Origin: Antedon mediterranea
Lineage: Eukaryota; Animalia; Echinodermata
Reading direction: 5' to 3'
Assembly (NCBI RefSeq): GCF_964355755.1
Contig: NC_092679.1
Coordinates: forward strand, 2,386,201-2,450,200
Length of the DNA stretch: 64,000 bases
The position numbers and the translations under genes were made by a program. Position 1 is the first letter of the stretch. Every line of letters begins with the position of its first letter. Shown one piece after another: positions 50,223 to 63,499 of the stretch. The notes under the pieces are model-generated. The model saw only the letters and a program-made list of their open reading frames with translations, was not told the origin of the DNA and searched no databases.

Positions 50223-51359
50223 GTTTTTTCGTCTGCTGAAAGTGTTACTGACGTATGAATAACACTTTTTAACACACACGTGTGACTGTTGAGGGACATT
50301 TATTTGTAATTCTAACTACACATAATATCAAAGAAAATCGATATAAGAATTATCTACTATAAATAGCTCTATGTATAATATCAACATTTATAAAATTACT
50401 TTCGGTACACACACTTGCGTATGTTAATGGCGCATGAGCAAACCTAATAATTACCTTATTTTATGTGAGCGTACTAATTCGTGTTGACATCATTACATGT
50501 CGAATTTTTTGGCCCGTCATTAGCCACAGGCGATGTTTTTTCACACCTTTTGTTCAGCGATACATCGTTAGCATGTACAAGTAATAATTTATTTAACTTA
50601 AATACACATTATTTTTCGACGTTCTGTTCTATTGATAATAACGTGATGCTATAATAACGTCAGTTACACACGACAAAAGATGATATTCATGTATGTTGCG
50701 CGGTGGTGTCCCACGACAATAGCAAACACGTCAGTTTTAACAACATCAATTAATTTTAGTAATTAATTAACTTATGATTTATTTGTTCACAAATAGTTGA
50801 TTATTACCGCTTCTAAATTGTTTTTTTACCGATATAGGCCTATCCCAAAACATCTAACAATAGATTATTTTCTAATAAATAAAAACTTGTTAATTTCTAA
50901 GTATCAAATGTCCGCTTAAACCACACCATTATCCTCACATGATGACGTAAGACAAGACACCAAGCCAATTCTAATTCTATCGAATGTGTTAACAAAACTA
51001 TCATCTTTTCTCGTAGGATTCGGTTTCTATTCGTATAAATCGAGTTTTTGATTGTTGCTCGATGTTATAGCAATGGTCTTTAAATGCAATTATTAAAACT
51101 CATTTCTATGAAACCTAGTAAAGAGGTAAGGCGTGCTGTCAAATGTATTCAAACGAAAAAGAAATCTGAATTTTTTTATGAAATCAAGCTAAAGTATTTA
51201 CACTGCTCATTAAATGCTTGATTGCTATCAACTATACGGTTTCTGTTTTCTTGTACATTCACTAAAGTAGTCTCTCAACGACTGTTGATAAAGTTTGAGT
51301 ATGTTCTTTATTATTCATTGAATGTAAACAGCATGGTCACGTAATGCGACTATTTCTTA

Positions 51360-51494
51360 AGCTCTGTTTACACTATCAAACTAGTTTGACAAAACAAGTG
51401 TGATGTGCCCAAATACGGTAGTGATATCAAATTATCATTTCCATATATGGGCACATCACATTCTTTTGTCAGGTTTGATAGTGTACACAGAGCT
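51360..51494. mobile_element. MITE family A
   Basis: Both TIRs present, TTA/TAA flanks. Confidence 0.85.
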
Positions 51495-52399
51495 TAACAA
51501 CCACAAGAGCATCTTCCCTGTCCCTGACGGAAATAAATAAAATAATCAAAAGCATCATGTCGCAACTGACGATGATGATATATTATAATTGTTATCAGAA
51601 TTACCAACAGTACCGCGTTTACTATTACAATGCACAATATTATAATGATATGATAATACCAATTACATTCATGAATATGCATGAGAATTATATTTATATG
51701 AATATGTATGAGTAGTAATTACCGAACATGATAATCATGCTAACACAGGAAGGCAATTTGCACACAACCCAATATTGTATTATATTTTATGATATACACT
51801 TTTAATTTGAACCAACCTGCGTTGTTTATGTATCAAAAACAGGTGCCGTTCGCTATCAATACCAACAAACATACTTCTCAATGATTAATAGAGAAATATG
51901 AATCTATACATATCATATTCGTTCACTGAAATTATTATTTCTTTAACTGACATCTGCTTAGTGAAATAACGCAAATGACGGACAGGCCTAGTTTTATGCT
52001 ATTAATGTATAAAGCAATTCCATTCGTTCTCAGTTATCTCATTTTGTATGTGTAATCACGAATGGTAAAATCCTTTCCTCAAACCATTTACAACCACTAT
52101 GCAGATTTCTTCCCTTCGCGTTTCGTTGCCTAGTAACAGCCGATCCTACGTCACCAAATTGCTATCCGAATCATCTTTCATGAAGCGTGATTAAGTCAAA
52201 CTGCTCTTTTTATTATTCTTTTCACACAGATCTGCTGAATATGTTCTGTCACGCTATTTAGTATGTGTATACACATTGTTCTTAAAATAAGAACATATCC
52301 TCACTTACTGTACGTGCGCCACCAAAAAGCGCGCGTACAAGCTATCATCTCAATTTTTACGCGCGCATAAGCATTGTACAAAGAATGCAGACAATTTAT

Positions 52400-52612
52400 G
52401 CAGATACAAAACACCTATTAAGGGGATACCTTTGGACTCCCAACAGTTTCCCCTTATAAGAGGTATTCCATGGATAGGGCTCGGATGTACGGTTAAAACA
52501 TGTTGTATTTCCCCTCGTTTTTTCATAGGAAATTGTTCCCATAATAGGTGTGTCTCTTGAATGGGGTGTGTCTCTTGAATGGGGCGTGTCCTAAAGTAGG
52601 GTGTTCTACTGT
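52400..52612. mobile_element. Tc1/mariner-like MITE; related copies at about 13092-13225, 25209-25310, 26373-26823 and 33918-34085
   Basis: TA-CAGT(A/G)(G/A)AAC termini (GTTCTACTG-TA here) with subterminal GTGTCCC(C)TTAAT repeats. Confidence 0.6.
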
Positions 52613-53319
52613 ATATATAAAACATATACAGCACTTGTAAGGCAAATTTAGCCCACGTGACAAATCATTGTGAATAAGGCCAAAATGAATTGATTAAGAC
52701 AATTGTATTTGTTGTGGGAAAATAGATTAAAATATATTGCAAAACAAAAAGTGTACACTTAAGTTCGTAAGCACGATGAAGACGTAAGAGAAAGCTTTGT
52801 GTAAGGAACCACGCTTTTTCAATTTTTGTTCAGAAATGGTATTCTAAAATACGATAATATAAATGATAGATCAATGATTGATAATTATATTTAAGTATAA
52901 AGAAAGAATCAACGTCACAAAAATAATAGCCTAAAATTAATAGTTAGTAAGATAATACTGTATGCGTTTACAATTACTATGGTTACAATCACAATTACGA
53001 CGCACAAGTTGGTGCGTTACCATAGTGTTGACAATTGGTATCGTTTTAAATTAGTATAAACTTAATGAAAATGGTATACAAATATATGGTGAATAATGAT
53101 CACTATACGTGATTTTGATATTCGAATAATTGAAATTAGTATTAATAATGAGAAGGTCTAAGGTCATTTTTGTCTGAAACTCTATTGCAAGTCCATATAT
53201 GAGCACGTCACATTTTTGTGTCACATAAAGTTTGATAGTCCTTTGGTAGACAAGGTTTTACTTTCTAAAAAGTTTATTCTATTATGAGCAGTGTGATAGT
53301 GAGTGTGTGACTATTAGGC

Positions 53320-53416
53320 TATCATCATCATTTCAGCTAGCCATTGTCCGCTCACTGCAGGACGAAGGCCTCCCCAAGCCGAACCCGTTTCCTGTCATGC
53401 CCAGCTCCCATCCAGG
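53320..53416 (-). mobile_element. 3' end of an RTE-clade LINE
   Basis: Reverse strand reads WMGAGHDRKRVRLGEAFVLQ*, then a short UTR and (GAT)n tail, typical of an RTE terminus. Confidence 0.7.
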
Positions 53417-54724
53417 ATAAAAAAAAAAGGGGTATGCTTAGAATAAAAGAAAATAAGTCACTTTTGTTTTAAAAGAAACTAGCATTATGCACACAGGTTT
53501 GACTGAAAGCGAATTCCATTTTGTCAACAACAATTTGACAGTTATTGTCAGTAATTTTTAATGTGGCATTTTGAAGAAAAAAAACAACGTATTTAATAGT
53601 ATTGCTTCGAGGCAACGGCAATGAATTAAAAAGCAGTTTACATTTAAAGAGTTAGAAATAACGACGATAAAAATGATGTAACCAGAGAAATAAGAAGAGA
53701 GACAAGAAGAGAAGCAATGTTCAGATTCATTTTGTGCTGACACACTGCAGCAAAACATTGCATGCTTCTAAAGTTTTGATGTAGCAAAATATGATAGTGA
53801 TATGACATCATCATGTTCATATAAGCACATCACATTTTTTTTGTCTCATAAAGTTTGATAGTGTAGACAGAGCTTTATACATCATGAAAACAACCCGTTT
53901 CTCAGCTGAATCTCCACTTTGGTAATTTTGTATCATGTAAACTCCGTAATACATATCTCATGTGTATCACATGTGATTCTGTATCACGGCTGTTTATACT
54001 GGGCATATTTAGGTATATCAAACAGGCAGCCAAATGTTTAGAATAACACATCAGCAAGTTTTTGGTTGTGGATGTAAAATGGCCGGGTGCTTTGAACGTC
54101 TTTACTGGTTTTTAAACCACACCCGAATCAATTATTTAGTGGAAAGCTATACATCTTTGCATGAATTATTTGGTGGACCTATAATCCTTACATTTTTATT
54201 TTTTATTATTTTCCCTCTTTTGTTACTCTTCTATTAAACCCTATACCACGTTCCTAAACTACCGACCGTTTGTGCAACTTCAACTATTGTTGACTATTTT
54301 CTCTTGGATATACCCCGGATTATGTATCTTAAGTTTTTGTAGCGTATTTGTTTGGCCTACAAACTAAAATATTTTAAAATTATAATACGTCAATGTAGAA
54401 TCATACAATTAATGAGTTGGTGATTTTCCATTACTTCGATATAATAAATCAAATCGATCCTTTAGCGTTAATATTATCAATGTGGAGACTTGTTGACATT
54501 AGTAAAGTATGCCACTCAACGTTTGGTGTGACTTGCATTCTGAATGCTATGTAAACATTACACTTTTACGTTAAATGTTATGTAGGCCTAATTGTATTGC
54601 ACCTATTTCAAGCCTCTAAAAACAATCTGACTGTTTTGACCAACGAATTTTATCCGTCTATAGTTAATATAGTGTAATCTCTATGTGAGAAGTTTCAAAC
54701 TTGATTTCCTCTGTAACACAAGTT

Positions 54725-55050
54725 ATACGCGCGCGTACACCTGTACTTCTGATTGTACGCGCGTGTACACACATTGATACCGGTAATCATGGTTACTTCT
54801 TTTTTTACGCGGGCGTACGCGTACTGATAATCATGGTACTTCTTATTGTACGCGCGTGTACACACATTGATACCGGTAATCATGGTTACTTCTTTTTTAC
54901 GTGGGCGTACGCGTACTGATAATCATGGTACTTCTTATTGTACGCGCGTGTACACACATTGATACCGGTAATCATGGTTACTTCTTTTTTACGCGGGCGT
55001 ACGCGTACTGATAATCATGGTACTTCTTATTGTACGCGTGCGTACAAACA
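54725..55050 (+). repeat. About 92-bp higher-order repeat, 3 copies
   Basis: Units start at 54754, 54847, 54939 and 55031. Each has two diverged TACGCG.GCGTAC..TGATA..ATCATGG subunits. Confidence 0.9.
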
Positions 55051-55447
55051 TAATTGTTGGTACTTTTTATTGTATCAACGTGTGCTTCTTCATTTTGTTT
55101 GTTTAATTGAAAGAGTTTTTGTCTGAGCATATTATAGGCATACCATCGAAAAGAAAGTAGATATACTGCAGACGACTTATACGTATATTCACATGGATCC
55201 ATACGTTTGAATATGATATTGCAGTGGTTTTTCTGACTGAAAATCTGGAATTTGATAACTTCAAGATATTCTATCTATATTTAATGCTATCGATATATTT
55301 CTGATCCCGAGGCAATTGCCGTTCATTTTAAATCTTGATAAATCTTTTTATTTTTAGATGTCAACATTTGTTATAGTAATTCTGTTGGAATTTTAAATTT
55401 TGAAGTAAGTTCGTGACATCTATCTCTCAAGATTCGCCATTGATTCG

Positions 55448-55690
55448 AATAATTGATACGCCTAAAATAATTGATACGCCTATAATAATCGATACGTATA
55501 ACAATAACGTAATCGATACGTGTACAATAATCGATCGTATTATAGAAAACGGTTTATGTATGATGTATTTGTGTTTGCTTTAACATGAAAAAATAATCGA
55601 TACGTGTACGTATAATCAATACTTATTGTTATAATCGATACGTGCACGTATAATCGATACTTATTATTATAATCGATACGTATTAATACA
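55448..55690 (+). repeat. Degenerate ATAATCGATACG short-unit repeat
   Basis: About 10 aat(c/t)gatac cores. Confidence 0.7.
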
Positions 55691-56166
55691 CACAGTATAT
55701 ATTCCATGAACATGCAATGGAAATCAAATCGTGTACATATAGATTTTCTTTCGATTTGTTTGTACCATCGGTTTTTTATTTTGAATTGATTTATCGTAAT
55801 AAATAATCCTGGTATATAAAGTAAGCCTAACCATAACATTAACAATACAGGCGCTGCATGTGATACATATGTGACGCTGTATTATAGAATCTACCTATGA
55901 TAATAGAAATATAATTCCACAGTGCAGATGTGTAACAGCAGTAACATATACGATGACGCAAGAGGAATTAAAATTAGCATTACCATCATTATGACACAAA
56001 TTAATTCACTTTATTTTTTTAATTATCGTAAGTATGACTAGTGGGCTACATCAATAAACACTTAGTAGTTGGCCTTGGGTTGTCCACTACTGTACTATCT
56101 ATAGACTTTAAATGAATATTCTTTTTAAAATAATGCGTTTTAAAAGGAAAAGTACATTGAAAAGAT

Positions 56167-56382
56167 ATTTTGAGAATCCAATTGGGATTGAATCCTTCAC
56201 AAGCATACGTAAATACGATTATTTCAATCTCAAAGAGTGATTTTCAGACTTAAAATTGTACATAGAAATAGAAGTGATAGTTCACAAGAAAGCATACGTA
56301 AATACGATTGTTTCAGACTTAACATTTTGAGAATCCAATCGGATTCAATTCTTCACAAGCACACGTAAATACGACTATTTCA
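56167..56382 (+). repeat. Local duplication
   Basis: ttttgagaatccaat..cttcacaagca.acgtaaatacga occurs twice, plus a partial third copy. Confidence 0.7.
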
Positions 56383-57369
56383 TGTAAAGATTTTACATAG
56401 AACATGTTGAGTTTACATACTGCATTTGTTATTGTAGTAGACAAAATTAAAACTGAAGTTTAAAACAACTAGGATTTTGTAGGTCTAGTTGCAAACTGAA
56501 GTACTAATGTGCAAACAAGAAAAAAGCGGTTGTTTTGTTGCTAACCTTTGCGACAACAATGAATAGCAAAAAATGAAATGTCGATCTCTTAAGTTAAAAG
56601 ACTTGACTCGTAAAATACGTGTGCAATTGTTAAAAAAGACACAACTTGATGCAGATAAAAGCGTTGAGAATATTGATGCTAATAAACTAATTGATGGTAT
56701 ATGAGCGTGCTTATTACGAGTTAAATAAAGATATATTGATCTTATAGAATCTTTGTAACAACTCACTGTTGCCACAATTGAGTATATGGAAATTAACGTG
56801 AAATTGAACACCTATATTGTAACGCTACTGGTATTAATTTTTATGAACATCGCCTTTCAAAGGAAATCCTTTGTTTGGTTGTGAGTGCTAGAACATTTTA
56901 AAGTGATGTTCTATTAATATATTAATATGCTCAGGCTGGATAAAAACGAATGATTGTCATAAGGAGTCCGATGAATATATGCAGATTTTAATAATCGTGA
57001 TAATAATTTATACTGTCATGAATTCAATTGAGTCGCCTTGATACTAAACATATTTGATAAAAAGTAGCAAATGTTGTGTCCATCATGTGATGATTCTCCT
57101 TCTGTATCATGTCTAGCGACAATAAACTTTTTACAGTATTGTGTCTATACATTTATATCTCTAATAATCGATTATGCCTAACCGTTTGTGAGTTCAAATT
57201 AGCAAGGGGTTTTTTATTCGCAAAAGGTGTCGCTTCTGGCTTCTTCTTTCTAAATAATTGCTTAAGTAAATGCGACTTAATTACTATTACTTTAAATTTA
57301 TTCGTAGATTTAATGCAAACCTCATGGGCTTTGCATATTGAACTTCAGATGTCCTTGTGTACACTGAGG

Positions 57370-57547
57370 TAACTATAGAACATTGACTACAGTATGATTC
57401 CAAATATCTAGGCCTAGAACTGTTCTGCAGTAACTATAGAACATTGACTACAGTATGATTCCAATATCTAGGCCTAGAACTGTTCTGAAGTAACTATAGA
57501 ATATTAGCTACAGTATGATTCCAAGATCTAGGCCTAGAACTGTTCTG
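57370..57547 (+). repeat. About 60-bp tandem repeat, 3 copies
   Basis: Unit GTAACTATAGAACATTGACTACAGTATGATTCCAATATCTAGGCCTAGAACTGTTCTG. Confidence 0.92.
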
Positions 57548-58679
57548 TTGGGACTAATGTTAATCATAAACTTCAGAGTCTCCTGGCCTAAACACTTTAC
57601 AGTAATTCTCCATCTACATTAATAACCATTCCATTAATAGAGAGATATAGGGACGATTCGAGAGGATGAAGCAAGCAAAATAAATGTTAACAAGTTCTAG
57701 GCCTACTAATCATGATTATGATGATTATTTCATTTGACATTTTGAAAAAATAATGCATCATAACAATGCTTTTGGTTGACTGTACTTCTCTAGCTCCATT
57801 GAACAAAAAAAGTGTTCTATTTTTAGAAGTAATTTTAAACTATTAGCTCAACGAGTTCATCAAATGATGGCCGTCAGGTGGAAAAGACTGATGAAACGGA
57901 AATTTCTATTAACGATCATTGGAAAACACAAGTGTAGGGCCTTCTAGAACGTTATCTTGGATTGCTTTAGCAGGCTCATATTACTAGAATAATTACTTTA
58001 CCTTCTAAATTAAAATAGACAAACTATATTTAAACCGACGAACAATATCCACCACAAATAGAAAACTTCGACTAAAGCTTGTTTCCCACTTGGGCATAAG
58101 CGCAACGCAAGTTTGACCAATCACCGCGCGATGGACAACAAAAGTAATTTGCGGTAAATGGCGATTGGTCAAATTACTTGTCTTACGCTTACGTCAGACG
58201 ACTATGTGTTATATTAATCAAAACTCATCATAATTAGTGATTATAATCATGTAACAATAACTAAATCACAATCTCACATCACGCCTAGCTTTTGTTACGT
58301 GATAATTTGTAGAATATCCACTTACGTGTAAAAGCAACACAAACAACGCCTAATTTATTAAATTATTTTATCTACACTTCGTAAAATAAGCGGCTGCTTT
58401 GTACTCGTTCAATTTCAATCTTCCTAATTCAAAACCTGATGTCCACTCCTATAAAATGACCATTGAAAGTACAAGTGACATGACGGCATGACATTGTTTT
58501 AACATTGTTTAACTTTGTCTTCGGTTACATTGGGTCTTGTTCAACTTGTTAATGGTTATCGTATTTTATATACATACTCATCAATGTGAAAGCAAGTAAG
58601 GCGCAAACATTAATGCTTGTAATTACAGACAGACTATGACTGAGGCCGAAGTGACAACACCACAGACAGGGTAACAGTT

Positions 58680-58895
58680 TACGCGCGCGTGCAAAAACAG
58701 TTATCAGTATTTGTACACGCGCGTGTAAAAACAGTATCAGTATTTGTACGCACGCGTGTAAAAACAGTATCAGTATTTGTAGACGCGCGTGTAAAAATAG
58801 TATCAGTATTTGTAGACGTGCGTGTAAAAACAGTATCAGTATTTGTACACGCGCGTGTAAAAACAGTATCAGTATTTTTACGCAAGCGTAAAACT
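58680..58895 (+). repeat. 33-bp CGCG-core minisatellite, about 6 copies
   Basis: Unit ACGCGCGTGTAAAAACAGTATCAGTATTTGTAC. Confidence 0.92.
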
Positions 58896-60307
58896 GTTCA
58901 TGGCGGTATAAATGTCTTTATAATTAATGTAGCTGTAGTTTCTGCTGTTAAGCATGCCCTGATACAAATTCTACAACGGTACTAAGCCTATATGTCACCA
59001 GCAAACAAGGTGGTTTGATGCATGGACCACCTATTATAGGTCCATGATTGATGTTACCGCCATCAGATGACAGCCAGATGCCCTTCATGAATCGAGAATA
59101 CATTTTTTATACCGTATTTGAATACTATTAATTTTATATCAGTTTGATATTTCAAATAAACTGTTTATTTTCCTGATAACAAATGTTTGATTGCGCTATT
59201 TTTATAAGTTATACATATTTTAACAGGCAATAAATGTTAATCGCGATCAAATATTTATATCAAATATGAGCATTACTTTTTTGAATATTTAAAAAATGTA
59301 GGATATCTTGTGGAAATCTGATGGAGTATTTCTATAAATGATAATGATTTATGTTCGTGTTTATTTGTAATAACGTAAGCCAAAAGGTCATGAATTTTAA
59401 ATCAGTTTGTAAACTTAAAATATTTAAAGAGAAGATTTGATTAGTATCATAATGTACTGAATAATATATTATATATTTTCATTTATGTTTTAATCTTTGT
59501 GATTGTGTATTTGTTAAATTATTATGATCAAACAAATTGAGAATATTTGTTGACGATTTAAGGATTTGACGTCCAATTTGAGTGAAATAAATAAATAAAT
59601 AATACAACCAAAACGGTAAAGCAAAAAAATAGAAAATAGAATCTGTGTTATTTCCTATGACCATTTACACAAAACGCATAACGGACGGGCGGCGGTTGAG
59701 TGGAAACCCGCTCAGGATAGATACAGAATTTACGAGGGACAAGCTACGCGGTTTTCCGCTTACCGTTACTGCTCGTCTGTGTAAATTGGCCATTACATAA
59801 TTTGACACGGCTGCTTTGTTGGCTGCTATCGCCATTTATATTTCTGTGAAGTTTTCATGCGGCTCTTTAGACTTTTTTTTTAAGTTGAGATCAAATTTCA
59901 AAAGCAAATTAAGTTCAATCAAAAGGAAAACTGAGAATGACAAATTCATCAAATAGGAACTGGCTCTTGCTTATCTAATTTGTTACCGATTACACAAAAT
60001 ATTTTTTTGAATCTTAAATAATATGATTGAAAGATGTTAGCTACCAAAGACAGTAACATACAGCCTCCGGTGTCGTGGAGTTTGACAGTAATTTCATTCT
60101 AATCTTTGAAATTTAGATTTCATTCATTTACTTACATTCATAAATTCATCACAGTCTTTAAAGCAAAAACGAAGGACAGTGTTGAAAATAACAGTAATTA
60201 ATTCAATTAATTTACTGGACGAGCGTTTGTAAACCTATAACCAACAGTCCGTTCGTTAGAAAAGACAATACTATAGCACGCCAGTTGAACAAAATGAAAC
60301 CATATTT

Positions 60308-60453
60308 ATTACGCGCACGTTGAAAAATTGATTATGATGATACAGACATTAGTAGGCTACGCGCGCGTTAAAATATTGATAATGATACACATTTTAGTAC
60401 GCGTGCGGTGAAACATTGATAATAATAATACCGATTTTAGGACGCGCGCGTCG
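60308..60453 (-). repeat. Degenerate CGCGCG-core repeat, inverted relative of 43878-44105
   Basis: Reverse complement gives ACGCGCGCGTCCTAAAATCGGTATTATTATTATCAATGTTTCACCGCACGCGTAC, matching the 42-bp unit. Confidence 0.75.
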
Positions 60454-62174
60454 ACTTTTTGTATGTAGTTTCGCTGTACAACACCGACATACTTTTATGA
60501 ACGATAAATTTAACTATAAGAATTATTACCAAGAAATGGTTTTTGTTCGTGTGTGAAGATTGAAACAATTATTAGCCAAAATGTATTCGTCCGTGTGCGA
60601 AAACTGTAACACAAAAAAGCATCTTACAAGTTTACGAGTGATTTCTTTCGGATGTTTTGTAGGTGTACGTCGCGTTAACGTGTTGTATACGTGATCTGGT
60701 AGCCAGGTAAAACTTGTAACAGTTTCGTTTAGCTTTTTTTGCTTCTTAGAACCGTGACTAATGGCATACATCTGACAAGATATGTTACGGTAGCCGATTG
60801 TGACACGATTGCACAACGTTGGGTGTTATACTTATTTTAATAATATATTATGCATATTTATGCATACACAATGTAAAATGATATAGTACAATTTAATCGA
60901 CAAAACATAAGAGAATAAACAAATTGAATGGTTAATCGAAATGACATTTAAGACCTAAGGAAATTTATACTCCACGCGTGTTAACTTCTACGCCGTTTTA
61001 CAATAATTGTCTATAGCCTATCTTTCACATTCACAGCATCTAAATTATATATTTTACCATATTCTTATGTATTTTTACATTTTTAAACAGTATTGTTTTT
61101 GTAATGTATTTCATATTTTTGTCTTCCGCTTTATAAATTCATACAATTAACCATCGTGTATCAAGCGCCATCTTTGTACACGTAGGTCAATCATAAACAG
61201 TAAAAACTCATAATTATTTTATTTGTCAAATTTATGTGTTCTTCATATTATTACAAAATGTATAGACTTAGGCCTAACTCCGCTTAGATGTTTATGCAAC
61301 ACGCGTCCAGGGCGAGTTGAAAATACTTATTTTTTATTTGTCTGTGTTTTTAACGAATGTTATCGTGTTCACTTAGTTAAAATTCATCCATTCGTTATTA
61401 TTTTTAAAATATTAATTTAGCTTTAATTTTTCCTAACTAAATTTGTAAAATTATCAAAATATACTTTCACGCTACAACTGTTACCGTATATTAGGCCTAT
61501 CGTCCGTGAAATCTCAGAAGATGGAAAATTGTTGTGCGAGTAGATATTTACAACATACTTCTTGTTATTTTCTGACGATATGACAGAAAATTGAAAAAAA
61601 TATAAATAATTTGCCAATATTATAATTTAACATTATACGTGTAGTAATGTAGTAATTGCATACCGTAATATAAATTAAATATGAACGTGAAAATATGTAT
61701 CCTAATTAAATTCGTGAATTAAAATGTGTAGGCCTCGTTTGGAGAGTGACAGCCGGAGGAGGATGAGGGAAGATTTAGTTTTCTTGTGCTGGTTTTAGAT
61801 TGGGCCTAATTATCATGATTGTTGTACGTTAGCGCCTAATTGCGATGTCGTGTAGTCTCATTACTTAGGCCTCCTTTTTTTATATCAAGGTTATGCAAAA
61901 AAAAAAAACTCTCAAGATATCATCCTTTATTCCGGAACATTATTAAAACAAATCCGTTTTATTAATCTATTTACGGTGCGATTCCACAAGCGAACTATCA
62001 TTATTTTTGTTGTATATGACGCGTACATTTAGTCTGGTGTTTCGCGCCATTTTTCTAAACCTCAAATTTTGTCTATACATTGCCTGTTGTATTCCAGACT
62101 TGATTATTGTATAGACTATTTTATTTCATTCATTAAAAAACAGGCCTACTACTAAATATAAAATGATCACTTAC

Positions 62175-62253
62175 GTTGTGCGGCAGAACGCTTGATAATA
62201 TTTTCCAAGAATGTATTTTGTGGGGCCACTAAGCCCCTTCTCGATCCTGGCAT
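62175..62253 (-). CDS. eag/KCNH1: EAG exon 1 (PAS-cap)
   Basis: aacATG start. [26 protein letters not shown], the canonical EAG N-terminus. gtaagt donor, phase 1. Not in the ORF track. Confidence 0.96.
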
Positions 62254-63499
62254 GTTGATTGATTCGCATTAGTGTCCGTATAACATAGCAAACATTGTCA
62301 TATTTGTCTCAGCCAAATGTCGCAAAAATAATTCCAAAATGATTTCGGCGTTTGCATCTTGTTTCTGTAGACGTATTCCAATTTAATAAATGTTTCAAAA
62401 TAATATCTTTACGACGTCAGATTGGTATAAGAAAGAATGGCGCACGGGCACCATAGGTAAAGCACAGCAATGGTATAAACGTATTCAAACACTATACTAG
62501 GCTTCCAATATAGAAATCGGTTTTCTATAGAAATATTACTAATAATTACCGTATTCATGGTAACGCGCCTGCTCACGCATGCGTGGTTGTTTTTTACCTG
62601 ATTACAATCGATTGAGGACTCACTCACTATACCGTAACATGAAAATGATAACATTTTTTTTTGCTTGGCGTAAATTTAGTCGTTTCATGACCTAAAATAA
62701 ATTATTATCAATGCTGCTAAATAATTTAATAATAATAATAATAATTAAAATCAATCATTTTTATGATTGTTATTATCATTATAAACATTGCTCATAGTCA
62801 TAGTTTAGTCTTGGTATTATTAAGTTCGTTACGTCATAAAAGAGAGTAGGTGAAGATGAGATTGTCTCTGCTGTTTCTGTCAACAGTTTTCATGCCTTAT
62901 TCAAATGTCAATGTGTAGTTAACATTTCATTATTCGTGTTATTTATTAATCCTATTGCTTTTATGATAAACGATGCTAATTATTTTAAAAAGTGCGCGTG
63001 TTTGAAAAAAAGTAGGCCTAGTAGATTTCCTCTGCAGGTGTTAATGCCGACTGTGCGATGTTGAAGCACATTGTTCGAAATCCGGTTAATACGTCTTCGC
63101 TTGTTGCGTTTGATAAAAACATATTTAATTGTCTTATAAAGTAGAATTCTCGGACGTAGGAAACGCTGCTGTTGAAATGTCATAATAAGTATCATATGAA
63201 TGTCAACTCGTTATCAATCAACATGATTAACAATTCATTGCAACGTCATTATCATAATTAAACTCTGGATGTATAGGCCTAATCTTTCAGTCTGCATACT
63301 AGGAATTATTTGTATACGTCACAATCAAATTATCATCATCATCATTAATATCATCATCTTATTAAATCCATATTCCGGCTGATACATATGTTATCACACG
63401 CATTAAGGCGATTGCTGTGGAGTAAACAAAATATAATTGGTCTCTAACTTTGACATCGTAGTGAGCGCTATACACATTTCTTTATTTATCAGTCTGTAA

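Larger units (their letters stand above)
19355..62253 (-). other. eag/KCNH1: Complete EAG/Kv10 voltage-gated K+ channel gene span, 10 coding exons, 1010 aa
   Basis: Exon lengths 79, 231, 129, 128, 390, 400, 200, 253, 197 and 1026 nt sum to 3033. All introns are GT-AG with matching phases. PAS-cap, PAS, S1-S6, SVGFGN filter, C-linker, CNBHD and coiled coil are present. Confidence 0.95.
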
